A DNA stretch of 22,663 nucleotides from Polyangiales bacterium (GTDB lineage: Bacteria > Myxococcota_A > Polyangia > Polyangiales > Polyangiaceae): NCBI GenBank assembly GCA_038230375.1, contig JBBRNJ010000114.1, positions 1 to 22,663 on the forward strand, written 5' to 3'. The stretch's first letter is position 1; every line of letters starts with the position of its first letter. Positions 7,429 through 15,841 of the stretch are shown here, in pieces. The notes below the pieces were generated by a model that saw only the letters and a program-made list of their open reading frames with translations, was not told the origin of the DNA and did no database searches. The translations under genes and the position numbers were made by a program.

Positions 7429-8613
7429 GTGGACTCCACCTGGGCCGACAGCACGTCCTTCATTCCGGCTGGGCACATGGGCCCGGGTTGGACGGTGCTC
7501 GTGGTGCTGGGCCTGCTCGGCGGTGGCTTCGGCTCCATCCTCGTCGCCGCCGCGTCGTTCTGGCTGGGGCTGCGCCGTGCGCGTGCGGACGAGCGCGCGT
7601 TGCTCGATGCGCCCGTGACGCATCTTCGCCCTGGTGCGCGCCGGATCCTGCGCGGCAAGGTCGAGCGCACTGGAAGCGCAGAGGCGCCGGTGGAGATCGA
7701 CATCGTGGAGATGGTCCACGACCACACGAGCAAGCAGTCCAGATGGCACACATGGGAAGAAACGGCGCGCACGGTGAGGGCAGAGCCGTTCCGGCTGCTG
7801 CGTGAGGACGGAGGAATCGTCACGGTGGAGCCGGGCCAGGACGTGCTGGTCGTGGACTCGCTCGTTTCCACGTATCCGCAGGACCGCCCGAACCACCGCG
7901 TGCGCAGCGCCATCATCGCGCACGGCGCGGAGGTGCATGTCTACGGCGACCTTCATCGGATCACCGGCGGCGCGGAGGGCCCGTATCGCGAGAGCTCGAG
8001 TGGCTTTGCGCTTCGCCCGCCGCGTGGTGGCGCCATGCTCATCGCCACCGAGAGCCTACGTGCACGCCACGATGCGGTCATTCGCGTCCTGGGCATGTGG
8101 CTCGTCGCTGGCATGGCTGCGTTCGCGCTCTTCCATGCGGCCGTCACCTTGCCATTCCTGTTGTCGTCGACGTTCCACACGGACGACGACGCGTGGGTGG
8201 AGAGCGCGCACGTCAAGACCACGCGGACGAAGAACGGCTACTCGTACACCTACCTGGTGACGGTGCGCACGGACGACGGCTTCGAGCTCCACGAGCAGAG
8301 CATCCCAAGAGAGACCTACGCCCGCGTCGCGCGGGACAAACGCGGCAACTTCATGCCGCACACGGTGCGCGTGCCGCTCCTCCGCACGTGGAGCAGCGAG
8401 TCACTGAGCTTCGTGGGCAGGGACGCGCACGTCTCGGTGGTGCCTGCGCTCGTGGCGCTCCTGGTCTTCTCGATCATGACGCTGATCGCCTTCTTCAACT
8501 ATCGCCGGCGGCTTGCCTGGTACGACATGAAGAAGGTCACGGAGCCCGGCGGTGAGGGGCACTGGACGGAGACGCGACCGCAGTCATCAATCCGGGCGTT
8601 CGATGAGCGCTGA
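7429..8613 (+). CDS. Hypothetical membrane protein (about 3 TM segments; soluble part loosely GIDE-like)
   Basis: Hydrophobic segments WTVLVVLGLLGGGFGSILVAAASFWL, VLGMWLVAGMAAFALFHAAVTLPFLL, VVPALVALLVFSIMTLIAFF; start uncertain (GTG 7429 or ATG 7477). Confidence 0.7.
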   Translation: MDSTWADSTSFIPAGHMGPGWTVLVVLGLLGGGFGSILVAAASFWLGLRRARADERALLDAPVTHLRPGARRILRGKVERTGSAEAPVEIDIVEMVHDHTSKQSRWHTWEETARTVRAEPFRLLREDGGIVTVEPGQDVLVVDSLVSTYPQDRPNHRVRSAIIAHGAEVHVYGDLHRITGGAEGPYRESSSGFALRPPRGGAMLIATESLRARHDAVIRVLGMWLVAGMAAFALFHAAVTLPFLLSSTFHTDDDAWVESAHVKTTRTKNGYSYTYLVTVRTDDGFELHEQSIPRETYARVARDKRGNFMPHTVRVPLLRTWSSESLSFVGRDAHVSVVPALVALLVFSIMTLIAFFNYRRRLAWYDMKKVTEPGGEGHWTETRPQSSIRAFDER

Positions 8614-10504
8614 CCTCCATATCTCGGTGATCCTCAGGATCGTGATCGCCGTCGTGGAGGTCACCTTCGTTGTGTTGCTTCTGTTCCTCTCGCGTGCGCC
8701 GGGATGGGCAACACTCCGCGCCCTGGTCCTTTCCGGGACCAGCGCCGCTGTCTACGCGCTGTGTCAGGTCCCGTTCGGAATGCCCGGCATGTCGGACGAC
8801 CTGCTCGCGCAGGTGTCGCGCATCGCAAGCCTCGCCGCGTCCGTCAACGCCATCTCCTGGCTCTGGTACATCCGCCACGACCGCGCCACTCCATCGAGCT
8901 CACGGCCCGAGAAGGCCATGGCCGGCGCGCTGCTCGTGCTCGGTCTCCTGTCGCTGATTCCTGGCGAGCTCACCGTGAAGGCGGTCTTCCAGCGGCACCT
9001 GCCTTACTTCGACATGGATATTCGCCCGGGGCCAGTGCTCGCGGTGAACTCGGTCCTCGTCGTCCTGGCGTTTGCGTGGGTCTTCAAGCACTACCTCGAA
9101 GAGGCGCGACGGAAGGTCTCTGGCGCGCGCGCCACTGCGTTCGCGTTCGCGCTGTTCTTCCTCCTGGCCGTGCACGAGTGCCTGATACTCATCGGCGTCT
9201 ACGAGGCGCCGTACGCGATCGGCTTCGGATTCCTGATCCTCATGTTCGCTCGCGTGGGCATCATCGCGCGCAAGGTCTCGGACGCCGCCGCGCTTCGCCT
9301 GAAGCTCTCCGCGGATCTGGAGACCACGGTGCAGGAGCGCACCCGCGAGCTCGTGCGGGTGAAGGAGGCGCTGATGCAGAAGGAGCGCCTTGCTGCGCTC
9401 GGGCAGCTGGCGGCGGGTGTGGGTCACGAGATCAACAATCCACTGACGTACGTGCTGGGCAACCTGGAGGTCCTTCTGACGATGGACCCGCCGCTGTCGG
9501 CCGATGCGCGCGAGGTCGTAGAAGAGGCACTCGACGGCGCAGCGCGCGTCAGCAAGATCGTCCGTGACCTTCGCGCGCTCGGAAAGGGCGGCTTGCATGA
9601 ACGCGCGGAGCTCGTCAGCCTGGCCGAGGCGGCGTCGGGCGCGCAGAAGCTCGTGGCGATGCAGCTCCGTGCCAAGAACGTCAGCGTCAAGATCGACGCC
9701 GACGATACGATCGCAGACGTCGATCGCGGGCGGCTCGGTCAGGTGCTGGTGAACCTGCTGATCAATGCCGCGGCGGCGCTTCCGCCGACCATCGTCGACC
9801 CGGAGCGCCGCACGATCGTGGTCCGCGTCACGCAGGACGGTCCGGACGCGGTGCTCCTTGTCACGGACCGTGGGGTCGGCATCAAGAAGGCCGATCTCGA
9901 GCATGTCTTCGAGCCGTTCTACACCACGAAGACTGACTCCGGAGGAACGGGCCTCGGCCTCTACGTATGTCACTCGGTGGTGTCGAGCTACGGCGGCACC
10001 ATCGCCATCGACAGCACTGAAGGCGAAGGCACCACCATCAAGATCACGCTGCCCCGCGTCGAGGGCATCGCGGACGCGAACGCTGCAGACCTGACGCCAG
10101 CACTGCGAAGGAGTACCGTGCCGGTGCGCGCGACCGCCTCGCGTGGGCGCGTGCTGCTGGTCGACGACGACGCGCCAGTCGCACGGGCGATGGCGCGCCT
10201 CCTGTCCGGATACTCCGTGGACGTTGCCAACGACGTGAGCGAGGCCAAGCTGCTCCTCGACAAGAACGCCTACTCCGCGGTGGTCTGCGATCTGCGGATG
10301 ACCGGCGCATCAGGAATGGTGCTCTTCGGTCATCTGCGCGAGACAAACCCGCGTCTGGCGAAGCGCTTCATGCTGGTCACGGGCGGAGGGCTCTCGCCCG
10401 AGGAGCGAGCCGAGCTCGACGACTTCGGCGCGCCGATCCTGACAAAGCCGGTCGAAGGCGCGGAGCTGAGGCTCAACGTGAAGAAGCTCACCGCCAGAGC
10501 GTGA
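8603..10504 (+). CDS. Hybrid sensor histidine kinase (about 7 TM input domain, HisKA, HATPase_c, C-terminal receiver)
   Basis: H-box LAAGVGHEINNPL; N-box QVLVNLLINA; DRGVG; FEPFYTTK; GTGLGL; receiver RVLLVDDD...CDLRM...TKP. Confidence 0.95.
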   Translation: MSADLHISVILRIVIAVVEVTFVVLLLFLSRAPGWATLRALVLSGTSAAVYALCQVPFGMPGMSDDLLAQVSRIASLAASVNAISWLWYIRHDRATPSSSRPEKAMAGALLVLGLLSLIPGELTVKAVFQRHLPYFDMDIRPGPVLAVNSVLVVLAFAWVFKHYLEEARRKVSGARATAFAFALFFLLAVHECLILIGVYEAPYAIGFGFLILMFARVGIIARKVSDAAALRLKLSADLETTVQERTRELVRVKEALMQKERLAALGQLAAGVGHEINNPLTYVLGNLEVLLTMDPPLSADAREVVEEALDGAARVSKIVRDLRALGKGGLHERAELVSLAEAASGAQKLVAMQLRAKNVSVKIDADDTIADVDRGRLGQVLVNLLINAAAALPPTIVDPERRTIVVRVTQDGPDAVLLVTDRGVGIKKADLEHVFEPFYTTKTDSGGTGLGLYVCHSVVSSYGGTIAIDSTEGEGTTIKITLPRVEGIADANAADLTPALRRSTVPVRATASRGRVLLVDDDAPVARAMARLLSGYSVDVANDVSEAKLLLDKNAYSAVVCDLRMTGASGMVLFGHLRETNPRLAKRFMLVTGGGLSPEERAELDDFGAPILTKPVEGAELRLNVKKLTARA

Positions 10505-11626
10505 GCTCGATACCGCAGGGCAGGATTTGCGCCCTCACCCAGCGACGGCATCAAGAACGGTGACGAGACGGACGTGGACTGCGGCGGCGCCGTCGCACCC
10601 GCATGTACCGTGGGAAATAAGTGCAAGGTACACGCGGATTGCGTGCAGTATGCATGCATGCCGTCCGGCGTCTGCGCGGCCGCCCGGAGCTGTCGCCAGC
10701 ACTTCGGCGGTGATACGTGCGGCGCTGGAGAGTCGGGCGATCCGACTGCCAAGCACGAGGACTGCTGCGCGTCGATTCAGCCTGGCGCGCAGCCGTATCG
10801 TCTGGACAAGTACCTGGTCACGGCCGGGCGCATGCGCGCGTTCATCGACGAGGTGAAGGGCGACGTTCGCACGTGGGCGCAGGCAAACCGCGCGATATTG
10901 CCGCCGGAGTGGACGGCTACATGGGACGCGTCCGTTCCCCAGAACGAGGTGGACGTGGTTCAGATGCTGGGCACGGGGCAAGGGACAGCCGCGTACTGGA
11001 CCACCACGGGACAGGCGAATGGGTGCTTCGCCGGAGGAGAGGGCGGGCCCACGTACTGGCATCCCGCCGACGAGCTATCCGCGTACTCGGGTGACATCTC
11101 GCGCTCGTACTCGAAGGACGATCTGGACGAGAAGACGATGAACTGTGCACCGCGCGCCGTGTTCGCGGCGTTCTGCGCATGGGACGGCGGCAGGCTGCCA
11201 ACGTATGCGGAGTGGGCGTACGCCGTCCGCGGAGCCATGGCGCCAGAGGATCACCTCTATCCATGGGGCAACGACGCCAACATCGGCGCGTACGCCTCCT
11301 ACAACAAGAACTACGGTTGGCCGCTCACCGCGCTGCCCGGCTCGCCGATTGCCGCCGACAACATGCCGGTGGATCGCGCGTTTCAGGTGCCCGCGCCGGG
11401 TCGCTTCCCGCTGGGTGTCGGGCCCTATGGGCACGCGGACCTCGCCGGTGTCGTGGAGACGTTCGTCGTCGGAGACACCGGCGCCGCGCACACCAATGAG
11501 GGCGGCGTGCGTCAGTACTCGTTCCAGGAAGCCGGGCTCGCCGTGCAGGCGTATGCCAGCTGGCACCCGTGGACCCAGCACATCAGCCACTATGCAATCG
11601 GCGCCCGCTGCGCGAGGGCCTTGTAG
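10505..11626 (+). pseudogene. FGE-sulfatase/SUMF1-fold protein with Cys-rich N-terminal repeat; apparently 5'-truncated (first available start GTG 10574)
   Basis: LDKYLVT, AFCAWDGGRLPTYAEW, YPWGN, GARCAR. The myxobacterial repeat DGIKNGDETDVDCGG begins upstream of the first start codon; no signal peptide. Confidence 0.65.
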
Positions 11627-11663
11627 GTCTACGCCGGAAGTAGTGTGGTACGGTCCATGGGCG

Positions 11664-12500
11664 ATGTTCGAAATCGCCGTATCTGGACCGAACGTCTTCA
11701 AGCGGCACACGTTCAGCAAGGCCGACATCATTGTCGGTAGCTCGCGCGCGAACGACCTGCCGCTGCGACATCCGTTCGTCTCGCGTCAGCACGCGCGGTT
11801 CTTCTGGAACAACGGCTTCTTCGTCCAGGACCTGGACAGCAAGAACGGCACATTCGTGAACGGCAATCGCGTCCACGGAACCGTGGCGCTCGGCACGATC
11901 GACGACATCGACATCGGTCCCTTCACGCTGACGCTCGTGCCGCACAACCGGCTCGGCGACGGCGCCGGCGAGTCCGACGTTCGCCCCGTCACGCCCGCGG
12001 AACAGAAATTTCTCTCCTCGATCCGCACGAAGCCCACGGATGCGCAGCGCCGCCTGGCCTATGCCGACTGGCTTGCCGCGCGTGGCGACGAGCTGAAGGC
12101 AGAGATCCTGCGCATGCAGGAGAAGCTCCGCGCGTTCCCGCTATCCATCGCCGGGAGTGGAGAGCTCAACGCGCTGCTGTCCGCGCTGCCCAAGTCGGAG
12201 ACGTGGTGGAAGGTGCTGCTCACGCGCTCCGCCATCGAGAACTGCGGCCCGGCATTCGCGGGGCGCTGCCCGAAGAACTGGGACGCGCTGCGCCCCAGCG
12301 AAGAGGCAAACCTTCGCACGTGCGACGTCTGCAATGAGCAGGTGCTCTACGCGCTGACCGCAGCAGAGGCGAAGAAGCAGGTGAAGGCCGGCGGCCGCCT
12401 CGTGATGGATCCAGAGATCCCGCGCAAGGGCAAGGAGCTGCCCCGCGACACCGGCAAGATGGTCCCCGCGCCCACCCCTCCGCCCCCCCGCAAGCGATAA
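11664..12500 (+). CDS. FHA-domain protein fused to a TIGR02996-like domain with Cys-rich tail
   Basis: FHA motifs VSRQHA and DLDSKNGTFVNG; EQKFLSSIRTKPTDAQRRLAYADWLAARGD; CPKNW...TCDVC. Confidence 0.85.
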   Translation: MFEIAVSGPNVFKRHTFSKADIIVGSSRANDLPLRHPFVSRQHARFFWNNGFFVQDLDSKNGTFVNGNRVHGTVALGTIDDIDIGPFTLTLVPHNRLGDGAGESDVRPVTPAEQKFLSSIRTKPTDAQRRLAYADWLAARGDELKAEILRMQEKLRAFPLSIAGSGELNALLSALPKSETWWKVLLTRSAIENCGPAFAGRCPKNWDALRPSEEANLRTCDVCNEQVLYALTAAEAKKQVKAGGRLVMDPEIPRKGKELPRDTGKMVPAPTPPPPRKR

Positions 12501-12573
12501 ACAAAATCGTCGGCTTCATTTAAGTCTTGGTTGGGCTCAACTTCGATTGAGAGTGGCCGTACCGGGGACTGAG

Positions 12574-13152
12574 ATGAACACCACCAAGCTTCCCCAGGCC
12601 GCGCGCTGCGCGCTCGCGGTCCTCGCTCTGTCGCTTTGCGCATGCGCGTCCGCGCCCCGGCATGAGCCCATGGGCCCTGCCGAGGCGGAGGCGACCGTGC
12701 TGTCCGCACGCGAATGGACGAACGAGACGGGCGCGAGCGTTGCGATCATGGACTATCGCGGCACGCCTTTCGTCATCACGGGCGTGGAGACCTCTTGTAC
12801 GTCCGCGTGCCCGAGCACGGTCGAGAAGGTGCGTCGCGTGGACAAGTCGCTGCGTCGCCACGGCGTTGCGGCAAATGTGATCCTCGTGTCGCTCGATCCG
12901 TCGCATGACACGCCGGCGGAGCTCGCGCGTTTCAAGGCCGCGCGCCACCTGCCGCAACACTGGCATCTGCTCGCCGGCAGCGATGCCGAGACGCATGCCT
13001 TCGCGAAATACCTGGAGGTGGGGGACGTGAAGGCGCGCGTGCGTGGCGAGCACGACGTGCGGATCGCGCTCTTCGACGCGGATGGCCGTCAGACACACAC
13101 CTTCCACGGCTCGGAGTTCGACGCAGACGAGGCCCTCCGCGGGGGGCACTGA
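12574..13152 (+). CDS. SCO1/SenC-family copper chaperone lipoprotein
   Basis: Lipobox LSLCA-C; CxxxC (TSCTSACP); VSLDPSHDTP; distal His in GEHD. Confidence 0.85.
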   Translation: MNTTKLPQAARCALAVLALSLCACASAPRHEPMGPAEAEATVLSAREWTNETGASVAIMDYRGTPFVITGVETSCTSACPSTVEKVRRVDKSLRRHGVAANVILVSLDPSHDTPAELARFKAARHLPQHWHLLAGSDAETHAFAKYLEVGDVKARVRGEHDVRIALFDADGRQTHTFHGSEFDADEALRGGH

Positions 13153-13158
13153 GCAGGA

Positions 13159-13183
13159 TGTCCGCGAAAGCGGAAGTTCGTCC
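13159..13183 (+). promoter_or_regulatory. Putative palindromic operator upstream of the encapsulin gene
   Basis: TGTCCG-CGAAAG-CGGAAG followed by TTCGTCC; -35-like TTGCAA at 13190-13195; motif recurs before the rhodanese gene. Confidence 0.5.
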
Positions 13184-13225
13184 ACACGATTGCAAACGTG
13201 TCGCGTCTAGATAAGAGTCGCGCGC

Positions 13226-14137
13226 ATGTCGAACCACATGCTCGGACCGCAGGCTGCGCGGCAGCTAGCCAACACCACGAAGACCGCACCGCAGTGGGGC
13301 GGCGCCACTCCGCGCTGGCTCACGCAGCTGCTTCCGTGGACGCCGGTCGAGGCGGGCACGTACCGCGTGAACAAGGTGAAGAGCGGTGAGCTCGCTGGCG
13401 TGAGCATCGAGTGCAGCGCCGCCAGCATGGAGAAGCCGCTTCCGGTCGCGTCGATCGACTACGAGGAGCACCCGCGCGAGTACACGCTCTGCACAGTGAG
13501 CACCACGGTCGAGGTGAGCACGCGCATCTCCGATCTCTATCGCAGCCCGATGGACCAGGTGAAAGAGCAGCTCACCGTCGTGATCGAGATGGTGAAGGAG
13601 CGTCAGGAGAACGAGCTCATCAACAACGAGAACTACGGCCTGCTCCACTCTGCCGTTCCCGCGATGAAGGTGAAGACCCGCACCGGCGCGCCCACCCCGG
13701 ACGATCTGGACGAGCTCATCTCGAAGGTCTGGAAGGAGCCGTCGTTCTTCCTTGCGCACCCGGCCGCCATCGCTGCGTTCGGTCGCGAGTGCACGCGTCG
13801 CGGTGTGCCGCCGCCCACCACGAACCTGTTCGGCTCGCAGTTCCTCACGTGGCGCGGCCTCCCGCTGATCGCGTGCGACAAGCTGAGGGTCGACAACGGC
13901 GCGACGAACATCCTGCTCATGCGCACCGGCGAGAAGAAGCGCGGCGTGACGGGGCTCTTCCAGCCAGGCCTCCCGGGTGAGGTGAACCCGAGCCTCAGCG
14001 TCCGCTTCATGGGCATCAACCAGAAGGGCGCGGCGAGCTACCTCGTGTCGCTCTATTGCTCCGCCGCGGTCCTCGTGGATGACGCGCTGGGCGTGCTCGA
14101 GAACGTGGCCGTCGACAAGTACCATGAGTACAAGTGA
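13226..14137 (+). CDS. srpI: Family 2A encapsulin shell protein (SrpI / major membrane protein I type)
   Basis: AARQLANTTKTAPQ..TPRWL..LLPW..VEAGTYRVN, YEEHPREY, GAPTPDDLDELI, WRGLPLIACDK, LSVRFMGI; 303 aa, so no cNMP-binding insertion (not Family 2B); followed by a cysteine desulfurase. Confidence 0.95.
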   Translation: MSNHMLGPQAARQLANTTKTAPQWGGATPRWLTQLLPWTPVEAGTYRVNKVKSGELAGVSIECSAASMEKPLPVASIDYEEHPREYTLCTVSTTVEVSTRISDLYRSPMDQVKEQLTVVIEMVKERQENELINNENYGLLHSAVPAMKVKTRTGAPTPDDLDELISKVWKEPSFFLAHPAAIAAFGRECTRRGVPPPTTNLFGSQFLTWRGLPLIACDKLRVDNGATNILLMRTGEKKRGVTGLFQPGLPGEVNPSLSVRFMGINQKGAASYLVSLYCSAAVLVDDALGVLENVAVDKYHEYK

Positions 14138-15704
14138 CGATTTCGCTGCGCTGACGCCGGAGATCGCGAGGCTGGCGAACGAGCTGTTCGCGGGGCACGG
14201 GCACGAGCACGCCCCCGCGCCAACGGGGACAACGACGGCACCGGCAACGGGGGATCCGTTCGCGGTGCCACCGGAGCTCGAGAGAGTGCCGCTGTTCGAC
14301 TTGCCGACGACGACTTCGACGACGACTTCGACCCCGACTTCGACTTCGACCCCGACTTCGACCTCGACCTCGACCTCGACCTCGACCTCGACCCCGACCC
14401 CGACTTCGACCCCGACCCCGACCTCGACCCCCGCCTTCTCCTCCACCTTCTCCCCTCACGTCGTGCCCGCGCTGGATCCCTCTCCCGGGATCTTTGATGC
14501 GCATGCGGTGAAGCGGGATTTTCCGATCCTTCGTGAGGTCGTGAATGGGCGGCCTCTCGTGTGGCTCGACAATGCCGCCACCACGCAGAAGCCGCAGGAG
14601 GTGATCGATCGCCTCTCGTATTTCTACGAGCACGAGAACTCCAACGTGCATCGCGCGGCGCACACGCTTGCTGGGCGTGCCACGGACGCCTACGAGGGTG
14701 CGCGTGAGAAGGTGCGCCGCTTCCTCAACGCGGGGTCGTCGAAGGACATCGTGTGGGTGCGCGGCACCACGGAGGCGATCAACCTGGTCGCCAAGGCGTG
14801 GGGCGGACACAATGTCGGTCCCGGCGACGAGATCGTGATCACGTGGCTCGAGCACCACGCGAACATCGTCCCGTGGCAGATGCTCGCGACCGAGAAGGGC
14901 GCGAAGCTGCGCGTGGCTCCCGTGGACTCGCGCGGCGAGATCATCCTGGAGGAGTACGAGAAGCTCCTCGGGCCGCGTACGCGCATCGTGTCGATCACGC
15001 AGGTGTCGAACGCGCTCGGCACGGTCACGCCGACGAAGACGATGGTGGACATGGCGCACCGCCACGGCGCCACGGTGCTGGTCGACGGCGCGCAGGCCGT
15101 CTCGCACATGGCCGTGGACGTCCAGGCGCTGGACGCCGACTTCTACGTGTTCTCTGGCCACAAGGTCTTCGGCCCCACCGGTATCGGCGTGCTCTACGGC
15201 AAGCCGGACGTGCTCGCGCACATGCCGCCGTGGCAGGGCGGCGGCAACATGATCACCGACGTGACGTTCGAGCGGACGCTCTATCAGCCTCCGCCGCTGC
15301 GCTTCGAGGCGGGCACGGGCAACATCGCGGACGCCGTGGGTCTGGGCGCAGCGCTCGACTACCTCACGCGCATCGGCCTGCCCAACGTCTCGCGCTACGA
15401 GCACGAGCTCCGCGTGTATGGCGAGGAGCAGCTCGCGTGCGTGCCCGGTCTCCGCATCATCGGCTGCGCGCGGGAGAAGGCCGGCGTCATCTCCTTCACA
15501 CTGGACGGCGTGCGCACGGAGGACGTGTCGGCGCTGCTGGACAAGGAAGGCATCGCAGTGCGCTCGGGTCACCACTGCGCCCAACCAATCCTGCGTCGCT
15601 TCGGACTCGAGGCCACCGTCCGCGCCTCGCTCGCGCCGTACAACACGAAGGAAGACATGGACGCCCTGGCGAGCGCGCTCAAGAGGATCCAGGTCGGCCG
15701 CTGA
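14124..15704 (+). CDS. SufS-type (class II) cysteine desulfurase with disordered N-terminal encapsulin cargo-loading region
   Basis: IARLANELF targeting motif; WLDNAATTQKP; PLP Lys in FSGHK; catalytic RSGHHCA; ATG overlaps the last 14 nt of the encapsulin gene. Confidence 0.95.
   Translation: MSTSDDFAALTPEIARLANELFAGHGHEHAPAPTGTTTAPATGDPFAVPPELERVPLFDLPTTTSTTTSTPTSTSTPTSTSTSTSTSTSTPTPTSTPTPTSTPAFSSTFSPHVVPALDPSPGIFDAHAVKRDFPILREVVNGRPLVWLDNAATTQKPQEVIDRLSYFYEHENSNVHRAAHTLAGRATDAYEGAREKVRRFLNAGSSKDIVWVRGTTEAINLVAKAWGGHNVGPGDEIVITWLEHHANIVPWQMLATEKGAKLRVAPVDSRGEIILEEYEKLLGPRTRIVSITQVSNALGTVTPTKTMVDMAHRHGATVLVDGAQAVSHMAVDVQALDADFYVFSGHKVFGPTGIGVLYGKPDVLAHMPPWQGGGNMITDVTFERTLYQPPPLRFEAGTGNIADAVGLGAALDYLTRIGLPNVSRYEHELRVYGEEQLACVPGLRIIGCAREKAGVISFTLDGVRTEDVSALLDKEGIAVRSGHHCAQPILRRFGLEATVRASLAPYNTKEDMDALASALKRIQVGR
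14323..14430 (+). repeat. 18 x CGACYY hexamer tandem array encoding a Thr-Ser/Thr-Pro linker
   Basis: Contiguous CGACTT/CGACCC/CGACCT units counted from 14323 to 14430. Confidence 0.95.
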
Positions 15705-15723
15705 TCGACGTGGGGTGTGGCTT

Positions 15724-15746
15724 CGACCTCGACCTCGACCTCGACC
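15724..15746 (+). repeat. Intergenic (CGACCT)3-CGACC hexamer array
   Basis: cgacctcgacctcgacctcgacc starting about 20 nt after the desulfurase stop. Confidence 0.85.
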
Positions 15747-15773
15747 GTCACATGATTTTGCTCATGTTTTTAG

Positions 15774-15840
15774 ATGCCGCTAAAACGGACAATCGTCCGT
15801 TCAGGGGTTGCAGGCGGCGAGGTGTCCGTTATATTGGATG
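15774..15840 (+). promoter_or_regulatory. sigma70-like promoter with palindromic operator-like sites for the rhodanese gene
   Basis: TTGCAG (15808-13)-N16-TATATT (15830-35); sites ATGCCG-N6-CGGACA (15774-91) and TGTCCG-N6-TGGATG (15823-40); perfect inverted repeat AACGGAC-N4-GTCCGTT (15784-801). Confidence 0.6.
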
Positions 15841-15841
15841 C

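Noticed and set aside
10574..11626. Diversity-generating retroelement target (FGE-type C-lectin fold)
   Set aside because: No reverse transcriptase and no template/variable repeat pair seen in the window
11145..11663. 173-aa N-terminal extension of the FHA protein
   Set aside because: Overlaps the FGE-fold gene in another frame; the FHA domain starts right after ATG 11664
13161..13174. Intrinsic terminator TCCGC-GAAA-GCGGA after the SCO gene
   Set aside because: Only a 5-bp stem with no U-tract; better explained as the palindromic operator-like motif
13226..14137. Prophage major capsid gene
   Set aside because: No terminase, portal or tail genes; sequence and desulfurase cargo identify a Family 2A encapsulin
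14323..14430. CRISPR array
   Set aside because: Contiguous 6-bp units with no unique spacers; no cas genes
13265..15584. Minus-strand ORFs with VEVEVG and GRGRGR repeats (13265..14446, 14016..15584)
   Set aside because: Antisense readings of the hexamer array and the encapsulin/desulfurase genes
14753..15841. Long N-terminal extension of the rhodanese ORF (477 aa)
   Set aside because: Off-frame overlap with the desulfurase; rhodanese similarity and a promoter point to ATG 15842
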